Below are positions 20,704-29,351 of a stretch of 64,000 bases of DNA, piece after piece. Numbering within the stretch: position 1 is the first letter of the stretch; every line of letters begins with the position of its first letter. Source of the DNA: an uncultured Mycoplasmatota bacterium (GTDB taxonomy: Bacteria > Bacillota_I > Bacilli_A > RF39 > UBA660). The translations under genes and the position numbers were made by a program. The notes below the pieces were generated by a model, which made no database searches, was not told the origin of the DNA, and worked only from the letters and a program-made list of their open reading frames with translations. The stretch lies in contig CAMYVW010000003.1 in NCBI GenBank assembly GCA_947302655.1, forward strand, positions 12,280-76,279, read 5' to 3'.

Positions 20704-21057
20704 ATGGATAATGAAGAATATTTAGAACAGATTTTAAAAATAAAGATTGATAGGCCTTTTGGTTCTAAACATCCAAAACATGGATTTATATATCCAGTTA
20801 ATTATGGATATGTTCCAAACACTGTAAGTGGTGACGGTGAAGAACTTGATGCATACTTATTAGGTATATATGAACCAGTTGATGAATTTGAAGGAGAATG
20901 CATAGCTATTATTCATAGAACTAATGATAATGATGATAAACTAATTGTTGTTCCAAAAGGTAAATATTACTCAGATGATGCAATCAATGCACTAACAGAA
21001 TTCCAAGAACAATACTTTGAACATGAAATAATTAGAAAAAGAAAAAACACTAACTAA
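20704..21057 (+). CDS. short inorganic-pyrophosphatase-like protein (family I PPase core lacking the N-terminal strands)
   Basis: …YPVNYGYVPNTVSGDGEELDAYLL… aligns to the Asp-rich active-site segment of ppa (compare 60916-61401). It is only 117 aa. Confidence 0.5.
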   Translation: MDNEEYLEQILKIKIDRPFGSKHPKHGFIYPVNYGYVPNTVSGDGEELDAYLLGIYEPVDEFEGECIAIIHRTNDNDDKLIVVPKGKYYSDDAINALTEFQEQYFEHEIIRKRKNTN

Positions 21058-21075
21058 ATAGTTAGTGTTTTAATA
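21043..21075 (+). terminator. intrinsic terminator, copy 1 of a repeated hairpin
   Basis: AACACTAACT-AAAT-AGTTAGTGTT followed by a T-run. The stem overlaps the last codons NTN*. Confidence 0.55.
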
Positions 21076-21358
21076 TTTCAAATTGCACGATAATCATAGG
21101 GGGGTTAAAACTTATTATATAATAATTAGGAAATTGACAAAACTATAAAAAAATGTTACCGTATAAGCGTAATAAATCAATTAGTTATTCGCGTTTTATT
21201 ACCGTGACACTTTAAATAGTGAGGTTAATAATGATCAGAACCTAAGAATCTCATCATGAATGACAAAAAATATCGCAGAAAAAATCGTGGTAGTTTTTGC
21301 TGTTTATGAAAGGAGGTTCTTTTTTAATACCACAAAAAACAAAGAAAGAAGGTAAAAT

Positions 21359-22120
21359 ATGAAAACAAATGAATATGAATATTATAATAGTCTAGCAAAT
21401 TGGTCTTTCAGTGAAATCAAGTACACTTCTGAAAATTATACAAATTGGGTATATGAAGATCAAATAAAAAAATACGTAAATAAAAAATCAAAAGTATTGG
21501 ATCTAGGTACTGCTGCGGGAGAAAAAGTTTTGAAAACTTTTCCTGAATGTGCTGAAATATTAGGGACAGATTTTTCAAGCGAAATGATAAAAAATGCAAA
21601 TATAAATTTAGAGAAGAGCGGAAGAAAAAACATATCATTTAGAGTAATGAACAATTTAGAAATGGATACTCCTGATAATTACTTTGATGTAGTAACTGCA
21701 CGTCATACAATAACTAACAAAAAGCAAATCTATAAGACTTTAAAAGATGGAGGTTTTTTAATATTAAGGGGTGTAGACAAATTAGATTGTTGGAGTCTAA
21801 AAAGATTATTTAATAGAGGACAAGCTTTTTATGATAAAAAGCCAATTAGTTTAATTGATTATGAAGAAATATTAGATGCAGGTTTTAAAGATGTAGAATT
21901 AATTCCACTGCATGTAATTGAATTCTATGAAACAAGAAAAGATTTATATGCTTTATTATTAAAAACTCCAATTTTAGATGATTTTTCAGAAATAGATAAT
22001 AAAGAATATGAAAGAATTCCTGTAGAAAAAGAGTTATTTGAAAAGTACGTAAGTGAAAACACTACCGAAAAAGGAATAAAATTAATAAGAAGATATTATG
22101 GAATAATTGCTAGAAAATAA
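21359..22120 (+). CDS. class I SAM-dependent methyltransferase
   Basis: Motif I VLDLGTAAGEK; 253 aa. Confidence 0.6.
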   Translation: MKTNEYEYYNSLANWSFSEIKYTSENYTNWVYEDQIKKYVNKKSKVLDLGTAAGEKVLKTFPECAEILGTDFSSEMIKNANINLEKSGRKNISFRVMNNLEMDTPDNYFDVVTARHTITNKKQIYKTLKDGGFLILRGVDKLDCWSLKRLFNRGQAFYDKKPISLIDYEEILDAGFKDVELIPLHVIEFYETRKDLYALLLKTPILDDFSEIDNKEYERIPVEKELFEKYVSENTTEKGIKLIRRYYGIIARK

Positions 22121-22121
22121 C

Positions 22122-22157
22122 AAAAAAACACTAACTAGTAGTTAGTGTTTTTATTTT
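22122..22157 (+). terminator. intrinsic terminator, copy 2 of the same hairpin
   Basis: AACACTAACT-AGT-AGTTAGTGTT plus a T-run. Its stem is identical to the hairpin at 21043. Confidence 0.55.
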
Positions 22158-22163
22158 CTAAAT

Positions 22164-22236
22164 GGCAGGGGCGGAGAGAATCGAACTCCCATCAAAAGTT
22201 TTGGAGACTCCTATGCTACCATTGTACCACGCCCCT
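22164..22236 (-). tRNA. tRNA-Trp (anticodon CCA)
   Basis: 73-nt cloverleaf GGGGCGTGGTACAATGGTAGCATAGGAGTCTCCAAAACTTTTGATGGGAGTTCGATTCTCTCCGCCCCTGCCA (minus strand), with a T-loop GTTCGATTC and anticodon loop CTCCAAA. Confidence 0.85.
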
Positions 22237-22311
22237 AATAATAGGCAAATCAATTATAACATAGTAAATATCTATTATTCAAGCTATTTCATATACTATA
22301 CTGGTGATACA

Positions 22312-22734
22312 ATGTTAATTAATTATACACAAAATGATATAGACCTTCTTGCAAGAATAATGAGAGCAGAAGCTCTAAGCGAAGGAGATCTAGGAATGTT
22401 AATGGTTGGTAATGTCATTATAAATAGAGTATTAGCTAACTGTTTAACGTTTAAAAATATAACCAGTATATACCAAGCTATATACCAAAAAAATCAGTTT
22501 ACAGGTGTAAATTCATCATTATTTCAAGGTGCAGCAACTACAACAGAAAAACAACTTGCAAAAAGAATATTAGATGGAGAGTATTACTATCCTGCAACTC
22601 ATGCTTTATGGTTTTACTGCCCTAGTAAAGGATCTTCATGTAAAAATACATGGTATGATCAAAAATTATCAGGAAAATATAAAAATCATTGTTTTTATAA
22701 ACCAGATCCAGGAGTATGTAATCAATTATATTAA
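22312..22734 (+). CDS. SleB/CwlJ-family cell-wall hydrolase domain protein
   Basis: DLLARIMRAEALSEGDLGMLMVGNVIINRV matches the hydrolase_2 family. I moved the start to MLINY (RBS GGTGAT) because the longer ORF overlaps tRNA-Trp. Confidence 0.6.
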   Translation: MLINYTQNDIDLLARIMRAEALSEGDLGMLMVGNVIINRVLANCLTFKNITSIYQAIYQKNQFTGVNSSLFQGAATTTEKQLAKRILDGEYYYPATHALWFYCPSKGSSCKNTWYDQKLSGKYKNHCFYKPDPGVCNQLY

Positions 22735-22768
22735 AATAATCACTTCAAACATGAAGTGATTATTTTTA
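22735..22768. terminator. bidirectional terminator between convergent genes
   Basis: AATCACTTC-AAACAT-GAAGTGATT plus a T-run. Confidence 0.55.
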
Positions 22769-23986
22769 TAAATCAGATTTATTTACAGTTATAAGTGGAA
22801 TAACCTTACAAACAGCTGCTCCATCATCAATATCAATAGTTGATGTATTCTCATTATTTCTTATAACTTTAAAACCATTTTGATTAGATTCACTAGAATA
22901 AAGCCAGTAACAATTAGTATTAACAAGGTAACTATATTTATTATTCATAAAAGAAAAACTACCATTACTTGTTCTAACTTTATTTATAATATTATTGTAA
23001 TCAGCATTAGAATCCATATCTCCTATTATTTGTGGTGATATATTAGTGCCACTAAAAGTAGAATTAAATATATCATATGATAATACCTTAATAATAGTAT
23101 TAAGTGATAATTCACTTACTGTTGCATTCCAAGACGAAGTATAAGAACTTAAACTAGAACTATAGTTATTATATGTAGATGTAGGATAGTTATCATATAT
23201 ATTAGGTAATAAAGTAAGTGTTGCATTACCTTTTTTACTATCATAATCTAATACAGTTGTACTTAAACATGTTTGTGAAAGTGAATCACAACCTTTATTT
23301 TGAACTACATCATATAAAATAACATCACCAAGATTATATGTCATATCAGATGCTTCATTTGAATCAATATATTGTTCTGCAGCTAGTTCAATTACTATTT
23401 GAATAGAAGGTCTAATAGAATAACTATTATCACTGCTATGTCTTTGTTGTTCTTGATTTTGAAAAGTATATGAGTTTCTTCCCCAAGTTGAATCTAAAGC
23501 ATCATTTCCAGAATCAAGTGGCCATGAAATAGATACTTCAAATTGGGTTTCATCATTATTATTTTTAACATATCGTTTATTTAAATTTATATTTATATGA
23601 AACGGATAATCATGAGATAAAATATTCTCTAAACTTTTTTGATTCTGTCCTGTGGTAACAGCTGTTACGTTTGTATCAAATATTCTTGCAGATTGAATAT
23701 TATATGATAAAGCAGCATTTGAATCTCCTTTATTTTGTATCTTAACTAATTCAGTTACAGTCTCCATACCAGGATAAATATCATCAAGTGTAACAACTAT
23801 ATTATTAGTTACCACTTCATTATCCTTTTTCATTTCAATATACCATGACTGGATATCAACATCAGCAGATACTCTTTTTAATCCACTATATGCAAACCAT
23901 GCATATGTAGTAAATAGAAAAGTAGCTGCAACAAAAAAAAGTGGGATTATATAAATTTTAAGACGTTTCTTAAAAAGTTTTTTCAT
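22766..23986 (-). CDS. TasA/camelysin-like secreted protein with SipW-cognate signal peptide (distal gene of the array)
   Basis: N-terminal K-rich segment, TM, then TTYAWFAYSG (compare TasA GGTWAAFND). Next comes …LDDIYPGMETVTELVKIQNKGDSNAALSY (compare TasA NLKPGDKLTKDFQFENNGSLAI). Confidence 0.6.
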   Translation of the reverse strand: MKKLFKKRLKIYIIPLFFVAATFLFTTYAWFAYSGLKRVSADVDIQSWYIEMKKDNEVVTNNIVVTLDDIYPGMETVTELVKIQNKGDSNAALSYNIQSARIFDTNVTAVTTGQNQKSLENILSHDYPFHININLNKRYVKNNNDETQFEVSISWPLDSGNDALDSTWGRNSYTFQNQEQQRHSSDNSYSIRPSIQIVIELAAEQYIDSNEASDMTYNLGDVILYDVVQNKGCDSLSQTCLSTTVLDYDSKKGNATLTLLPNIYDNYPTSTYNNYSSSLSSYTSSWNATVSELSLNTIIKVLSYDIFNSTFSGTNISPQIIGDMDSNADYNNIINKVRTSNGSFSFMNNKYSYLVNTNCYWLYSSESNQNGFKVIRNNENTSTIDIDDGAAVCKVIPLITVNKSDL

Positions 23987-23998
23987 ATAATCACTCCT

Positions 23999-24562
23999 TT
24001 ATTTTTCTTCTTCTGTTCTTTTTTTCTCCTCTTTATTCATAAGTGTAGATATTATTTCTGTAGAAATAATGATTAATACAGGAATTATAATGAATAAATA
24101 AAATCCTACATTAGTACTAACTATTTTATATATAAAAGATATTATTAATGATTTATATATAACTTTACCATATAGTTGATCTTCAGATACAATTGGGTCT
24201 TCTACCATATTAGCAAGACCTTTTGCTCTAAAATATAACTTACCATCAACTTTCTCAATGCCAACAACTTGGTGAGTAATAACTTTATCTTTAAAACTGT
24301 TTCTCACTCCAAGATAACTAATAGTATCACCAACTTTAATGTCCTTTGGTTCAACTTCCTTAGCAATTAAAACATCACCAACTTTATATTTTGGTTCCAT
24401 TGATCCAGTAACAACAGTAAACATTCTAAAATTAAATATAGAAATTTTATTATTACTAAATCTTTGTAAACAAACACAGATAATAAAAGCAAACATAAAT
24501 ATAAAAAATATGGCTTTTAGAACTGTAAAACTAATCTTAAATACTTTATTGTCTTTTAACAT
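23999..24562 (-). CDS. sipW: SipW-type (archaeal/ER-type) signal peptidase I
   Basis: VVTGSMEPKYKVGDVLIAKEVEPKDIKVGDTISYL…VITHQVVG… matches B. subtilis SipW, with an N-terminal TM and a C-terminal TM anchor. Confidence 0.8.
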   Translation of the reverse strand: MLKDNKVFKISFTVLKAIFFIFMFAFIICVCLQRFSNNKISIFNFRMFTVVTGSMEPKYKVGDVLIAKEVEPKDIKVGDTISYLGVRNSFKDKVITHQVVGIEKVDGKLYFRAKGLANMVEDPIVSEDQLYGKVIYKSLIISFIYKIVSTNVGFYLFIIIPVLIIISTEIISTLMNKEEKKRTEEEK

Positions 24563-24573
24563 AATACAACCTC

Positions 24574-25710
24574 CTACAAGTACTCACTTGTTTTTGACAA
24601 ATAGTCTTCCATTTCTTTTTGAAATTTTTGTTTAATATCATTACTTCCAACTGCATTTGGATTTTTCTTTTTCTCCATTTCAGCACTTAAAAGCTTTAAT
24701 AGTTCAGATTCTTTAATTTTAATTCCATTTTTTAATAGTATATTTACGGCATTTTGAACCTGATTCATAACAATTAATAGAGCATAACTCTTAAGTTTTT
24801 CTTTTTCTACTTTTTTATCTCTTGTAATAGAATCTAAAGCATAATAATTCATTAAAAATGCCTCATCCATGATGCTTTTAATTAGTTTTCCACTTTTAAT
24901 TTTACCAGATTCTATATCATCTGCTTCACTGTTCATAACACTATATAAGTAGTCCCATAATTTTAAAGCCATTTGAAAGTTTGGATTCTTTAAAATTAAG
25001 TTAGTTTTTTTAATAGGCGGTGATACAAGTGGAGCATGAAGTTTTTTTAATGAAGTGATTAAAGTACTTGCAAGCCAAGGATTAATATAAGTCTTTTTTA
25101 TACTTGCAAGTTTCTTTTTAAGATTTTCAACTATTTTTTCAAAATCATTATCACCATTATTAACAATATTAGTTGGTACAGTTACTAAATTTAACTCTAC
25201 CATTACTTTATCTCTACCATTTGTAGTTTCAGCTCTATATTCTAAAGTTTTTTCATTCTTTGGAACAATATTTTTTAGAGCTTCTTCTTTCTCTTGAATA
25301 AACTTTAATAAATTTATAATTAAAGTATAAATAAATCTATTTTCATAAGTATTATATGTTTCTTCTCTAAATAAAACTAATAACTTAGATGGTAAAACAT
25401 CACCAGTTTTTTCATCTATTTTATCAATATAATCAGTATGTTTAGATAAATCTTTAATACTTTCAATACTAGTTTTTCTGGCTTTTTCAATTTTTGTAAC
25501 ATTAGTTTCACCAACTAGTACTACTTTGGGATTACGAACAATATTGTCAATATATGGGCAAACTTCTTCAATAATTTCAAGCCACTCTAATGAGTTAATA
25601 TCACTATTAAGTGAAGCATCAAACTTGATAGATGATTTGTTGTTTTTAAGAAAGTTTTGACTATTTTTCTTAAGCATCTCATCTACAGTTAAATTAATAA
25701 CCTTTCCCAT
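24574..25710 (-). CDS. McrC-like partner protein of the adjacent McrB-family GTPase; no obvious PD-(D/E)xK motif
   Basis: An 11-nt gap separates it from sipW and a 21-nt gap from the GTPase. The segment ETYNTYENRFIYTLIINLLKF resembles the McrC N-domain motif (…LPNRLIKSALLRLL…). The C-terminal half appears helical and has no recognisable nuclease signature. Confidence 0.35.
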   Translation of the reverse strand: MGKVINLTVDEMLKKNSQNFLKNNKSSIKFDASLNSDINSLEWLEIIEEVCPYIDNIVRNPKVVLVGETNVTKIEKARKTSIESIKDLSKHTDYIDKIDEKTGDVLPSKLLVLFREETYNTYENRFIYTLIINLLKFIQEKEEALKNIVPKNEKTLEYRAETTNGRDKVMVELNLVTVPTNIVNNGDNDFEKIVENLKKKLASIKKTYINPWLASTLITSLKKLHAPLVSPPIKKTNLILKNPNFQMALKLWDYLYSVMNSEADDIESGKIKSGKLIKSIMDEAFLMNYYALDSITRDKKVEKEKLKSYALLIVMNQVQNAVNILLKNGIKIKESELLKLLSAEMEKKKNPNAVGSNDIKQKFQKEMEDYLSKTSEYL

Positions 25711-25731
25711 ATTAATCCCTCTTTATTCTAA

Positions 25732-27273
25732 TTATGCAGACTTCTTAAGTCTTTCTAGGAACTCGATACATTCTTTCATATTTCCATTACCGAATTCTTT
25801 ATTTAAATATTTAATAAATCCATCAATTTCATCGCGTATTAATATTAAGTTTAATTGTTCAAATTTTCTTAATACTTTTTTAGCTAAGAAGTAATCGATA
25901 CCTGCAACTTCAGTACCTCCACAAGCTACATATACTGGAGCAAATACTTTTAACTGTTTCATAATACGATTACCGAAAGCAATTCTAAAATGTTCAATAA
26001 CATAATTATCAAGTTTATTAATAATATCTATACCTTTATCAGAAATAGCATACTTTTCAGTAGCTTCTTTAAATAGATCTTCTAAATAACTTGAGTTAAT
26101 ATCCATAGCTTCTTGTTCACGGCAAGTAAATGGATCAATTTTTTCGTTAATATCAATAGGCATTGCTCTATCGTAAACCTTATCTGTAACCATGAATGTT
26201 GAGTCATCGTTATTAATTGTACCAATATACCATAAGTTACCAGGAAGTCTCAATTTACCATGTTCTAGTAATTTAGGATCATCTGGCCATGTAGTTGTAA
26301 CAAGTTCAATAATCCATTCTTTACGGTTTGGAACTTCTAGAACTGATAACATTTCTGCAAAATAATATTCAACACGAGCAATATTCATTTCATCTAGAAT
26401 AATTGTATGGATATCATCATCAAATCTAGATAAGTATAATTCTTCAAGAACATTACTTTCATTAAACTTCTTTGTAAACTCATTGAAATATCCTAAAAGC
26501 TCTGTTTTATCACGCCAAGATGGTTGAACAGATGCAATACATGAGTTATGTTTAACGAATTTTCCCCATGCATATGCTAAGGAAGTTTTACCTGTTCCAG
26601 AAATACCTTGTAGGATTATAAGTTTACTACAGGCAAGTCCACCAAAGAAAGCTCTAAGTAAGCTTTCATTGTAATATAAATGTAATTGAGATGCTGCAAA
26701 ACATCTAAAGTTATCAATTAATTCTTCAAGATTAAAATTACCATTGTAATTTTTAGGTTTAAAGTTTTTCATAGCTTCATCAATACGAATTAATTTAGGG
26801 AATCTTGCAGTACCTGCATTTGGATCAGCATCTGGATTAGCGTTTTCTTCACCTGGAAGTCCAGATGAGTCTTCTCCTCCTTCTCCTGGTTTAAGTCCTA
26901 ACTGTGAAACCTTCATAGCCATAAGTTCATCTTTTTCTTTCATCAACTTACGAACTTTTTTATTAAGGTTATCTATTTCATCTAACAATTCATCTTGATT
27001 TAACTTTTGTTTTCTTAATCTAAAATATTTTCTTACTTTAGTAAATATTAAAAATAATACTCCAAGAATTATTACGACTAAGAAAAGAACTGTTATAACA
27101 ACAAAAATCCATTCAACAGCACCAAAACTACTTTTATAATTATCTAGTACTTTTTTGTAGTCAAAATAATTAAAGATTTCTTTAATACCATTAAACATAC
27201 CTTTAAATATCATACCTACGCCGTTAAAAAAAACAGAAGTAAATTCGTAAAAAAATCTAAAAAATGTATTCAT
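25732..27273 (-). CDS. membrane-anchored McrB-family (AAA_5) AAA+ GTPase
   Basis: Walker A LQGISGTGKTSLAYAWGKF. The McrB-type Walker B and downstream region IILDEMNIARVEYYFAEMLSVLE…WYIGTINNDDSTFMVTDKVYDRAMPIDI resembles McrB FIIDEINRANLSKVFGEVMMLME…GLMNTADRSL…DYALRRRF. The N-terminus has a TM helix EWIFVVITVLFLVVIILGVLFLIF, a coiled coil and a Gly/Pro/acidic linker. Confidence 0.7.
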   Translation of the reverse strand: MNTFFRFFYEFTSVFFNGVGMIFKGMFNGIKEIFNYFDYKKVLDNYKSSFGAVEWIFVVITVLFLVVIILGVLFLIFTKVRKYFRLRKQKLNQDELLDEIDNLNKKVRKLMKEKDELMAMKVSQLGLKPGEGGEDSSGLPGEENANPDADPNAGTARFPKLIRIDEAMKNFKPKNYNGNFNLEELIDNFRCFAASQLHLYYNESLLRAFFGGLACSKLIILQGISGTGKTSLAYAWGKFVKHNSCIASVQPSWRDKTELLGYFNEFTKKFNESNVLEELYLSRFDDDIHTIILDEMNIARVEYYFAEMLSVLEVPNRKEWIIELVTTTWPDDPKLLEHGKLRLPGNLWYIGTINNDDSTFMVTDKVYDRAMPIDINEKIDPFTCREQEAMDINSSYLEDLFKEATEKYAISDKGIDIINKLDNYVIEHFRIAFGNRIMKQLKVFAPVYVACGGTEVAGIDYFLAKKVLRKFEQLNLILIRDEIDGFIKYLNKEFGNGNMKECIEFLERLKKSA

Positions 27274-27275
27274 AT

Positions 27276-29282
27276 TTATTTATACTCTCCTATTCTTTTT
27301 AAAATATTATCAATAATTATTTTATCATAAATTTGTTTTGGTATGTTTTTTGATAACTTGCTTAAATCCATTTTTTTATCCGTAAAATAATAATCTGACA
27401 TAAAGATATAAGCTAGTTCTTCACTTGTGTATTCCTTATATTCGTCAAAAATCAAAGCAAATAAATATCCTTTTTTTCTTAATCTCATTATATCATCATT
27501 ATTTTGCAAAATATTAGAAACTGTAGAAGTAATTATAATATGATTTTTTGCATATTCATTATCAATAATAGATGCTATTCTATCTAGTTTCTTATCTTTT
27601 CCGTATAATGGATTAGGAATATAAACAAAATATTTAGCGTTGCTATTACCATTTAAAATATCTTTAACTACTCTACATAAAATTAGATTAAATAAAACAG
27701 ATAGTTTATCTTCTGATACAATTCCATCACTATAAGTTTTATCAACAATATATTTACTATAAACCTTGCTAAACTTAATATTATAGTTTAAATAAACACC
27801 GAAGTAATTAGGTTCATCTTTAAATCTATTATATATTGCTATAAAAGAATTTGTTTCAAATTTCTTAATAATTTCATTAATAATTTCACTTGAATATCTA
27901 ATAACAGCTTTAATATTATTTAGTAACAAGTCATTATCTACATCAAAATACTTATGTAATTCTTTCTCAAAATCAATATTTTTCTTATCTTCTATATCAT
28001 ATATAAATAATAATGCATTAGAGTAAAGTTCTATTGCTTTAGTCTTTGTATCATCATTTTGATTCTTCTTTATTAAAGCTTTCTTATTATCGTTAAAAAT
28101 CATCTTAAAAGATTTTCTTTCTTCAGGTAGTGAATAATATTTTAAATAAACATATTGTTTAATAAGTTCGCTTCTAAAAGAAGATTTTTTAATATAAGAA
28201 TATTCATCATCTAATAAAAGATCAATTATTTCGTTATACATTATATTTTTGATAATAAATAATTTATCAACGATATTTTTAGCCTTTTTAGCATTAATTT
28301 TTTCTCTTAAGTAATCCTTAGTAATTACTTTTTCTTCTTTCTCTTCTTCTATTTCTTCTGCTTCCAAAACTATATCATCTTGTTTAATTTTAACATCTAC
28401 TTTTTGATCATCTTCAACTGGTTTAATAGATGTATCACTATTTGGTTCTTCAATATCATCAACTTTAATGATCCTTAATACTGCAGTTTTAGATAAATCT
28501 TCTTCTTTTATCTTATTATCTTCATTAAATTCAACTACATTACCTGACTCACCATCAACAGTAACTTTTCTAAATAGAATAGTTTTACTCATTTCATCTT
28601 CAGGTTCATCATCTTCATCGTCATCAGATGCAAATACATCAGAATAATCAGGTTTAAATTTATTTTCTTCACTTGATGTAGTATTAGTAACATTAGTTAC
28701 TTTTATAGTATCATTTCGATGTTTAAAACTTCTAATCTTATTTTTAATTATTCCAATATACTTATTTAATATCTTATTAGAAGATTTCTTTCCAGCATTT
28801 AAATAAAGGTTAACAAAATACAATGTAATAATTAAGAAAATAATAACTATAGGATTAAAAATAGTTTTTTTAAGGAAACCAAAAGAGTGAAGAACTTTTT
28901 TTACTTTACCAACAATTTGGCTTCTATCAATTGGTTTATCTTTAGCATTATTAGCATCACCTTTAGTTACAAAAGAATCTTGGTAGGCTTCAACTACACG
29001 GTGTGTAATAAAATTATTATCCTGTTTATATGTAATAATATCACCTATTTTGATATTATTATCACTTTTAACTAAAATCCAATCTCCAATTTCAACTGAT
29101 CCATGCATACTGCCAGTTTGAATTTCAAATAGTGAATAACCAAATAAACTAGAATGATCATTTTTTAAGATTTTAACTTGAATAAAAGAATAAATAGAAG
29201 CAAGCAAAAAAAGGGCAAATAATACTATTAAAGCATTTAAAGCATAATCAGTAATTTTACTAAAAACTTTTACTTTCTTCAT
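27276..29282 (-). CDS. SipW-type signal peptidase fused to a ~450-aa C-terminal (predicted cytoplasmic) domain of unknown function
   Basis: N-terminal TM, then QTGSMHGSVEIGDWILVKSDNNIKIGDIITYKQDNNFITHRVVE…TKGDANNAKDKPIDRSQIVGKVKKV, which carries the SipW catalytic Ser/His boxes. A second TM follows, then an acidic linker DDDEDDEPEDE, then a 450-aa domain. The protein is 668 aa. Confidence 0.65.
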   Translation of the reverse strand: MKKVKVFSKITDYALNALIVLFALFLLASIYSFIQVKILKNDHSSLFGYSLFEIQTGSMHGSVEIGDWILVKSDNNIKIGDIITYKQDNNFITHRVVEAYQDSFVTKGDANNAKDKPIDRSQIVGKVKKVLHSFGFLKKTIFNPIVIIFLIITLYFVNLYLNAGKKSSNKILNKYIGIIKNKIRSFKHRNDTIKVTNVTNTTSSEENKFKPDYSDVFASDDDEDDEPEDEMSKTILFRKVTVDGESGNVVEFNEDNKIKEEDLSKTAVLRIIKVDDIEEPNSDTSIKPVEDDQKVDVKIKQDDIVLEAEEIEEEKEEKVITKDYLREKINAKKAKNIVDKLFIIKNIMYNEIIDLLLDDEYSYIKKSSFRSELIKQYVYLKYYSLPEERKSFKMIFNDNKKALIKKNQNDDTKTKAIELYSNALLFIYDIEDKKNIDFEKELHKYFDVDNDLLLNNIKAVIRYSSEIINEIIKKFETNSFIAIYNRFKDEPNYFGVYLNYNIKFSKVYSKYIVDKTYSDGIVSEDKLSVLFNLILCRVVKDILNGNSNAKYFVYIPNPLYGKDKKLDRIASIIDNEYAKNHIIITSTVSNILQNNDDIMRLRKKGYLFALIFDEYKEYTSEELAYIFMSDYYFTDKKMDLSKLSKNIPKQIYDKIIIDNILKRIGEYK

Positions 29283-29351
29283 AATTATCTACTATCCTAT
29301 ACTACATAATATTCTACCATAATCACGGTTTTTTTCCAAGAAAAAAAACTC

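Noticed and set aside
22162-22311. 5' extension of the SleB-like ORF (MAGAERIELPSKVLETPMLPLYHAPNN…) given in the ORF track
   Set aside because: That stretch is the reverse complement of tRNA-Trp (22164-22236). The real CDS most likely starts at MLINY (22312), which has its own SD.
24574-27273. Interpreting the McrB/McrC-like pair as a conventional type IV (McrBC) restriction island inserted in the locus
   Set aside because: The GTPase has a TM anchor and coiled coil in place of a DNA-binding N-domain. The partner shows no PD-(D/E)xK motif. Both are separated from the flanking sipW genes by only 2-21 nt on the same strand. I kept it as an alternative hypothesis in the findings rather than calling it a restriction system.
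27276-29282. Calling the C-terminal domain of the SipW-fusion an EAL (c-di-GMP phosphodiesterase) domain
   Set aside because: I see only a weak, partial resemblance (…IIITSTVSNIL…LFALIFDEYKEY… versus EITE…ALDDFGTGYS), with no clear EAL or EVENE motifs. That is insufficient without a profile search, so I mention it only as speculation.
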